From Ostreococcus tauri (taxonomy: Eukaryota), in NCBI GenBank assembly GCA_000214015.2, contig CAID01000006.2, forward strand, positions 613,063 to 633,884: a stretch of DNA of 20,822 nucleotides. Reading direction: 5' to 3'. The notes under the pieces are model-generated. The model saw nothing but the letters and a program-made list of their open reading frames with translations, was not told the DNA's origin and searched no databases. The translations under genes were made by a program, and so were the position numbers. The first letter of the stretch is position 1. Each line of letters starts with the position of its first letter. Of the stretch, positions 16,912-20,822 are shown piece by piece.

Positions 16912-18006
16912 TTACACTGAAGCGTCGTCGTCGAACAAGTACTCGAGGAGCGGCGCGACGCATGCGACTGACATCGAGTTCCCAAGTAGCGTATACCGCT
17001 GGCGCTTGGACAATTCTTCCGGCCATTCGAAATCACTGGGAATCGAGTGCAAGCGCATCACCTCGTCCACCGTGAAGTATCGCAAACGGACGTCGTCTTC
17101 GCCTTCTCCGGTGCGCCCGTCCCACGTCGACTTATCCACAAGACGATTGGCGACGACCGATCCAGTGCCTTTGACGTACTTGAAGTAACTCTTCGTAAAG
17201 CAGTTACACGTAGTATCGCTCGAGCTGACTATGTCGATGCACCCCTTGGCTCGATCAATGTCGTCTTGCCTGAGCGCGTTCTCACGCCAAATGTCCGAGT
17301 TTTCTGAATCGAGAAACCTCGAGAGCGGTGCGACGTCGACGTCCGCGTCCATCGTCTCGTCGTATTTCGGAATCCAGTGTCTCTTGTGCGATAGCTCGCA
17401 CGGCGGCGGCGCTCGCCGTATGTTGTCCACGGCATCTCGAAACGCGTGTGTCGTCCTCGCGCACAGAAAGTACCGCGGTCTGCTGTACGGCACCCCGAAC
17501 ATCGTCGGCGTCAGAATGAACTCCTGCACGTGAAACTCCATTTCTCGCAACTTCTCAATCAACAGCTCCCGCATCTTACTCGTCTCGAATCCCACGACGT
17601 TCTCCACGAAGACGTACCTCGGCCTCTTTTCCACGGATAGCTTCGTCGTCTCCTCCACCAACCGCGCAAAGCTATCCGCCCGCCCATCCTCCACGTCCAA
17701 CCGCTTCCCCTGCCTCGTGAACGGTTGACACGGGGGCGACATCAACCACGCCTCCGCCCCGATCTTGCCCAGCGCCTCCATCGACACGCCCGCCAAATTT
17801 TTCGCCAACGGCCGCGTCCCGTGATTCCGCGCGTACGCGTCGCACGCGTTCGGATTCAAATCATACGCCACCACCGTCCGCGCTCGCACCCGTCGCACCC
17901 ATCGCATCGCCAGCGACATCACTCCAATCCCGCAGTACATCTCCGCGACGCCCACGACGCCCGTGTCGTCGTCTCGCGCCGCCATCAGCGCCCGCGTCCG
18001 CTTCAT
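16912..18006 (-). CDS. DNMT2: DNMT2/TRDMT1-type tRNA (cytosine-5)-methyltransferase
   Basis: All C5-MTase motifs are present in DNMT2 form: VAEMYCGIGVMS (I), MSPPCQPFTRQGKRLDVEDGRADSF (IV), FVENVVGFE (VI), QEFILTPTMFGVPYSRPRYFLCA (VIII), the DNMT2-specific CFTKSYFKYVKGTGSVV, and LRYFTVDEVMRLHSIP...RQRYTLLGNSMSV (IX/X). The start is set at ATG 18006 because the 61-codon upstream extension to 18189 is R-rich with only about 60 percent GC3, versus about 85 percent in the gene body (hand count). Confidence 0.9.
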   Translation of the reverse strand: MKRTRALMAARDDDTGVVGVAEMYCGIGVMSLAMRWVRRVRARTVVAYDLNPNACDAYARNHGTRPLAKNLAGVSMEALGKIGAEAWLMSPPCQPFTRQGKRLDVEDGRADSFARLVEETTKLSVEKRPRYVFVENVVGFETSKMRELLIEKLREMEFHVQEFILTPTMFGVPYSRPRYFLCARTTHAFRDAVDNIRRAPPPCELSHKRHWIPKYDETMDADVDVAPLSRFLDSENSDIWRENALRQDDIDRAKGCIDIVSSSDTTCNCFTKSYFKYVKGTGSVVANRLVDKSTWDGRTGEGEDDVRLRYFTVDEVMRLHSIPSDFEWPEELSKRQRYTLLGNSMSVACVAPLLEYLFDDDASV

Positions 18007-18155
18007 CCCGCGCGTTTCGCCTCTTCCACGCGTTTCGCCGCCGTCCGCAGCGGTTCGTCGAACGCGTACGCGCCCGAGACGACACCCACGAGCGCGGCGA
18101 CGACGGGCGTCACCGCGTCGCCGCGCAGGAGGCGTCGACCGCGACGGGTGAACAT
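18003..18155 (-). CDS. Candidate 50-aa small membrane protein / upstream cistron whose stop overlaps the DNMT2 start (ATGA)
   Basis: The product is MFTRRGRRLLRGDAVTPVVAALVGVVSGAYAFDEPLRTAAKRVEEAKRAG, a basic N-terminus followed by one TM-like helix and an amphipathic tail. 41 of 50 codons end in G/C (hand count), matching genuine genes here. The TGA at 18005-18003 overlaps the DNMT2 ATG at 18006-18004. Confidence 0.35.
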   Translation of the reverse strand: MFTRRGRRLLRGDAVTPVVAALVGVVSGAYAFDEPLRTAAKRVEEAKRAG

Positions 18156-18196
18156 GTCTGTCGTCCGCCATCCGTGTGTCCGAGGGCATGCACCGC

Positions 18197-18403
18197 GAAC
18201 CCTAGATTTCGCCCCGCATACTTTTTTAGTGTCTTTTCCGTCCCACAACGCTGTATTCCGAATGGACGCGAGGCCGTGTGCGTGCGGGCGACGATCCCAT
18301 GGGCGCCATCTCCGTGTGAACCCTAGGTTTCGCCCCGCATACTTTTTTAATGTCTTTTCCGTCCCACAACGCCGTATTCCGAATGGACGCGAGCCCGTGT
18401 GCG
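18197..18403. repeat. Two 86-bp direct repeats (18197-18282 and 18318-18403, period 121 bp, 4 mismatches) in the DNMT2 / PDZ-rubredoxin divergent promoter
   Basis: Base-by-base alignment of gaaccctag(a/g)tttcgccccgcatacttttttа(g/a)tgtcttttccgtcccacaacgc(t/c)gtattccgaatggacgcgag(g/c)ccgtgtgcg. Each copy begins with AACCCTAG and contains a T6 run. Confidence 0.9.
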
Positions 18404-18420
18404 AGGGATCGCGCGCACGC

Positions 18421-18430
18421 GTGACGTCAC
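18421..18430. promoter_or_regulatory. Perfect 10-bp palindrome GTGACGTCAC (CRE/bZIP-type TGACGTCA core) about 90 bp upstream of the PDZ-rubredoxin ATG
   Basis: A direct read shows it is self-complementary. An ACGCGT (MCB-like) hexamer overlaps it at 18417-18422. Function is not established. Confidence 0.3.
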
Positions 18431-18520
18431 CGCGTCGGGACGCGCGCGAGGACGCGCGCGATCGACACACCCGCGCCGTCGTCGCGAGCGACCGACGAGC
18501 GGGGCGACGAGACGAGAGAC

Positions 18521-19213
18521 ATGCCCGCCGCCGCGGTCTCGAGCGCGCGCGCGAGCGCGTTCGCGCGAGGATGCGCCGTGGACGCGCGATCGACCGCGCG
18601 CGCGCGCGAGGGTCGCCGCGCGCGCGCGCTCGTCGTCCGGGCGCAGGAGATCCAGGTGAGCGTGGATAAACCCCTGGGGTTGACGTTCAAGGAGCGCGGT
18701 GACGGCCGACCCGGGGTGCAGATCGCCGGGTGCAAAGGGAACGCCGCGAAGGCTGGGTTGAAGGCTGGGGACGTCGTCAAGTATCACTCATCCTTCTTCG
18801 GCGACGAACTGTGGCCGGCGGACGCGCTGGCGTTCACGCGAAGCGCGATCTCTGCGTGCCCGAACACGGTTGATTTCATCGTTGTTCGAGGACAGGCGGA
18901 CTTTGACGTGAAGCGATTGCCGAAACTTCCGGCGCCGCCAAAGTTTGGGCGTAAGCTCAGCGCCGCGCAGAAAGAGCGCGCGTCGCACATTTGCGTCGAT
19001 TGCGGCTACGTCTACACGCTCCCGACGCCGTTCGGTGAGCAACCCAAGAGCTATGTGTGCCCGCAGTGCAACGCACCGAAGAGTCGATTCGCGCCGTACG
19101 ACGTCGAGACGGGTCGCGCCAAGGGCGGCGGACTCAGCACGCCGATCATCACCGTCGTCTCCACCGTCGCCGGTCTCGGTGGCATGGTGTACTTCTTGAA
19201 AGATATGTTCTAA
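18521..19213 (+). CDS. Plastid-targeted PDZ-domain / rubredoxin-domain protein with C-terminal membrane anchor (Arabidopsis ENH1-like architecture)
   Basis: The N-terminus is Ala/Ser/Arg-rich and transit-peptide-like (MPAAAVSSARASAFARG...). A PDZ-like segment follows (VDKPLGLTF...GVQIAGCKGNAAKAGLKAGDVVK), then a rubredoxin knuckle pair (CVDCGYVY ... CPQCNAPKSRF). The C-terminal TM is STPIITVVSTVAGLGGMVYFL. Confidence 0.85.
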   Translation: MPAAAVSSARASAFARGCAVDARSTARAREGRRARALVVRAQEIQVSVDKPLGLTFKERGDGRPGVQIAGCKGNAAKAGLKAGDVVKYHSSFFGDELWPADALAFTRSAISACPNTVDFIVVRGQADFDVKRLPKLPAPPKFGRKLSAAQKERASHICVDCGYVYTLPTPFGEQPKSYVCPQCNAPKSRFAPYDVETGRAKGGGLSTPIITVVSTVAGLGGMVYFLKDMF

Positions 19214-19227
19214 TTTCACGCGAATAG

Positions 19228-19232
19228 TGTAA
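19228..19232 (+). promoter_or_regulatory. TGTAA, candidate poly(A) signal for the PDZ-rubredoxin gene
   Basis: It lies 15 nt downstream of the TAA stop (19211-19213). Confidence 0.3.
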
Positions 19233-19334
19233 CGAACAGATATATCTCGTCCGTTCCTCGTCGTCGACCGCCGAGCTTGATCCGTCGCGCGCGCGACTTG
19301 TGTACTATCGGTACACGCGCAATGAATGCTTTTC

Positions 19335-19339
19335 TTACA
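19335..19339 (-). promoter_or_regulatory. TGTAA (minus strand), candidate poly(A) signal for the P-loop kinase gene
   Basis: Plus-strand TTACA lies about 45 nt downstream of the kinase TAA stop (19384-19386). Confidence 0.3.
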
Positions 19340-19383
19340 ATTTTCTTCGTTCCATCACCCGTAATCGACGCGCGATGATCACG

Positions 19384-19992
19384 TTAATCGATAACGATGA
19401 CCGCATTCGAAGATGATTCAACCTTCGTCGCGCTCGTTCGAGGGTGCTTCGGAAACTCCACAGCGACCGTGCTGGGTGGAATCATTCGATACGTCCCGAG
19501 CGCCGCGTCGACGTCATCCTGAAATCGACAGCGGCGAATCGTACGAAAGCCCTCCTCCTTCGTCGGCGGCGCGTTATCCTTGCGTCGCATCTGCATCTGC
19601 ACCACTCGCACCGCACCATCACCCTCGACGCCACCGGGATGATTCCTACGCGCTCTCGCCCGCTCCTGATACGTCGTCGTCGGTTGGTTGAACCACACGC
19701 AGTGTAAATCGCACGGCGGCGTCGACGCCTTCGCCAGCGCCACGAAATCTTCCCTCTGCTCCCGACTCAGCCCACAACGATCGATCACCACGTGTTTACC
19801 CTCGCACACACCCCGTTTCGCCACCGACACGCACTGCCGTCGCGTCCCTCTGCGCCCGTCCCGCACCGTGTCCTGATTCGACACCGTCCACCGCCCCGTC
19901 GCCCGCAACCGCTCCGAGAACGTGCTCTTCCCCGACCCGCTCGGTCCCACGAGCACGAGCACGACGGGCGCACCCGTGGACGCGGGCGTCAT
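19384..19992 (-). CDS. Stand-alone P-loop polynucleotide-kinase-like protein (T4 Pnk / PNKP kinase-module / AAA_33 type)
   Basis: Motifs: Walker A VVLVLVGPSGSGKSTF; SNQDTV (the NRD-type catalytic Asp motif of PNK-family kinases); GKHVVIDRCGL; EEGFRTI near the C-terminus, colinear with the human PNKP kinase domain from memory. The start is uncertain: ATG 19992 gives a compact 202-aa kinase, and in-frame ATGs at 20175, 20208 and 20370 would add a poly-Asp/Arg-rich extension. Confidence 0.7.
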   Translation of the reverse strand: MTPASTGAPVVLVLVGPSGSGKSTFSERLRATGRWTVSNQDTVRDGRRGTRRQCVSVAKRGVCEGKHVVIDRCGLSREQREDFVALAKASTPPCDLHCVWFNQPTTTYQERARARRNHPGGVEGDGAVRVVQMQMRRKDNAPPTKEEGFRTIRRCRFQDDVDAALGTYRMIPPSTVAVEFPKHPRTSATKVESSSNAVIVID

Positions 19993-20124
19993 CGCGCCCG
20001 CGCGTCCGACGCCGTGCGTCGCGCGCGCGACGTCCGCGTCCGCGTCTCGTCCGATTTCGCGTCGCGCCCGCCCCCCGCGTCGCCGCGCCTCGATCCACCC
20101 CGCGCCCGGCGCCCCGTCGGTGGC

Positions 20125-20148
20125 GTCGTCGTCGTCGTCGTCGTCGTC
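20125..20148. repeat. (GTC)8 trinucleotide microsatellite upstream of (or in the N-terminal extension of) the kinase gene
   Basis: A direct read gives eight GTC units. It would encode poly-Asp on the minus strand if translated. Confidence 0.9.
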
Positions 20149-20256
20149 GACCGTCTCGACGCGCGCGCGCGACATCGAGCGCGGCGTCGCGCGATGAAGT
20201 GGGCCCATGAATGTGCGCTCGCGTTCGACGACCGCATTCGACGCCGCGCGCGCGAT

Positions 20257-20529
20257 ATGGCGACGCCGACGACGCCACCGCGCGTGGTCGGGGCGAACGG
20301 GCGCGCCGCGATCGCGGCCGCGCTCGCGCTCGCGCTCTCGGCGCGGCTGGCGTGGCAGAAGTGGGAACACGATGCGATGGTGATGACGCTGCGGGAGGAG
20401 CTGGCGCGCGAGCGCGAGGCGCGAACGGCGTGCGAGGGACGCGGGTGGTTCGCCCGGCGCGAGGCGCGGGGCGCGGGCGCGGCGCGAGGGCGCGGGGGGG
20501 GGGGAGGGCGAGGGAGTGGGATGTATTGA
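20257..20529 (+). CDS. Possible small protein (90 aa) with N-terminal TM-like helix, short coiled-coil-like segment and Gly/Arg tail
   Basis: The product is MATPTTPPRVVGANGRAAIAAALALALSARLAWQKWEHDAMVMTLREELAREREARTA... About 89 percent of codons end in G/C by hand count, higher than the overlapping minus-strand frame at about 76 percent. An alternative in-frame ATG is at 20194. No family was recognised. Confidence 0.3.
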   Translation: MATPTTPPRVVGANGRAAIAAALALALSARLAWQKWEHDAMVMTLREELAREREARTACEGRGWFARREARGAGAARGRGGGGGRGSGMY

Positions 20530-20596
20530 GCCGCGCGCGGCGCGAGACGCGAACGTCGCGCGAGTCCGGGGCTAGGGACGCGCTTCGAGTGCGGTG

Positions 20597-20821
20597 CTAT
20601 TCCGCTGTTTCGTCGTCGCCGTCGTCGTCGATGAATGTGGCGACGTACGGGGCCAGGGCGAGGGCGGCGGCGAGCCTGAGCGGGACGAACAGACGGACGA
20701 CGTTGATGAATACGGCTCCGGCGCCAAAGAGTTTCGCCTTGTCGACGGGGTCCGAGAGGTCGAGCCACGTGCCCTCGGCGACTTTGTACCACGCAAATGC
20801 GAGCGGGCCGGCGATGGCCCA
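20597..20821 (-). CDS. C-terminal 74 codons of a membrane protein whose 5' part lies beyond the right window edge (possibly DUF1279/FAM210-like). It is absent from the ORF track because it has no in-window start.
   Basis: Manual minus-strand translation gives WAIAGPLAFAWYKVAEGTWLDLSDPVDKAKLFGAGAVFINVVRLFVPLRLAAALALAPYVATFIDDDGDDETAE, then TAG at 20599-20597. Host-type codon bias is strong (about 84 percent G/C-ending). GAGAVFINVVRLFVPLRLAAALALAPYV resembles the conserved C-terminal helix of FAM210 proteins, but that recollection is weak. Confidence 0.6.
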   Translation of the reverse strand, partial: WAIAGPLAFAWYKVAEGTWLDLSDPVDKAKLFGAGAVFINVVRLFVPLRLAAALALAPYVATFIDDDGDDETAE

Positions 20822-20822
20822 G

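Noticed and set aside
18007-18189. Long DNMT2 N-terminal extension starting at ATG 18189 (MPSDTRMADDRHVHPSR...).
   Set aside because: It is Arg-rich and low-complexity with only about 60 percent G/C-ending codons, versus about 85 percent in the DNMT2 body. DNMT2 orthologues begin a few residues before motif I. It is retained only as an alternative model.
17725-18787. Large overlapping ORFs across the DNMT2 / rubredoxin promoter (17725-18669 +, 18003-18470 - upstream part, 18347-18787 -, 18427-18780 -).
   Set aside because: They are R/P-rich translations, and they run through the 86-bp direct repeats and antisense to real genes. Only the last 50 codons of 18003-18470 show coding-like properties.
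2300-20370. The idea that tRNA-Leu, eEF3, DNMT2 (tRNA methyltransferase) and the PNK-like kinase form a functional tRNA/translation gene cluster or novel system.
   Set aside because: The genes are separate eukaryotic transcription units in mixed orientations, interspersed with unrelated genes (CHD1, a transporter, a secreted orphan). Co-occurrence in a genome this dense is expected by chance, and no shared regulatory motif was seen.
19792-20792. 245-aa plus-strand and 267-aa/160-aa minus-strand ORFs overlapping the kinase gene and each other.
   Set aside because: They are alternative frames of the kinase CDS and of GTC/CG-rich spacer, with poly-V, poly-R and poly-T translations. Only the 20257-20529 tail of the plus ORF is kept, as a low-confidence candidate.

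Overview
GC-rich, intron-poor, very gene-dense eukaryotic nuclear DNA. An eEF3-type ABC-F factor, a CHD1-type remodeler, DNMT2, a plastid-targeted PDZ-rubredoxin, an A34 tRNA-Leu without encoded CCA, and GCG/ACG/CCG/TTG-rich codon usage suggest a picoplanktonic green alga (Mamiellophyceae such as Ostreococcus or Micromonas). That is inference, since no search was possible. Left to right: the 3' part of a Mutator-like DNA transposon (open transposase ORF plus an AT-rich subterminal repeat array), tRNA-Leu(AAG) (-), eEF3-like (+), CHD1-like (-), an AVT1/VIAAT-type amino-acid transporter (+) whose conserved N-terminal motif lies in another frame across a G6 run, an orphan secreted protein (+), a large unknown protein with a possible BRCT-like module (+), DNMT2 (-) preceded by a 50-codon ORF whose TGA overlaps the DNMT2 ATG, a bidirectional promoter with a 2 x 86-bp direct repeat, an ENH1-like PDZ-rubredoxin (+), a stand-alone PNK-like P-loop kinase (-), a possible small TM/coiled-coil ORF (+), and an untracked C-terminal CDS fragment (-) at the right edge. 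I see no prokaryote-style operon, CRISPR array or defence island. The items most worth follow-up are the apparently intact, compositionally foreign MULE, the candidate bicistronic small-ORF/DNMT2 arrangement, the transporter frameshift, the duplicated promoter module, and two proteins I cannot assign to any family. Many long ORFs in the track are alternative-frame or antisense artefacts of high GC content. All family calls come from remembered motif conservation, and start codons were chosen by first ATG plus hand-counted third-position GC.
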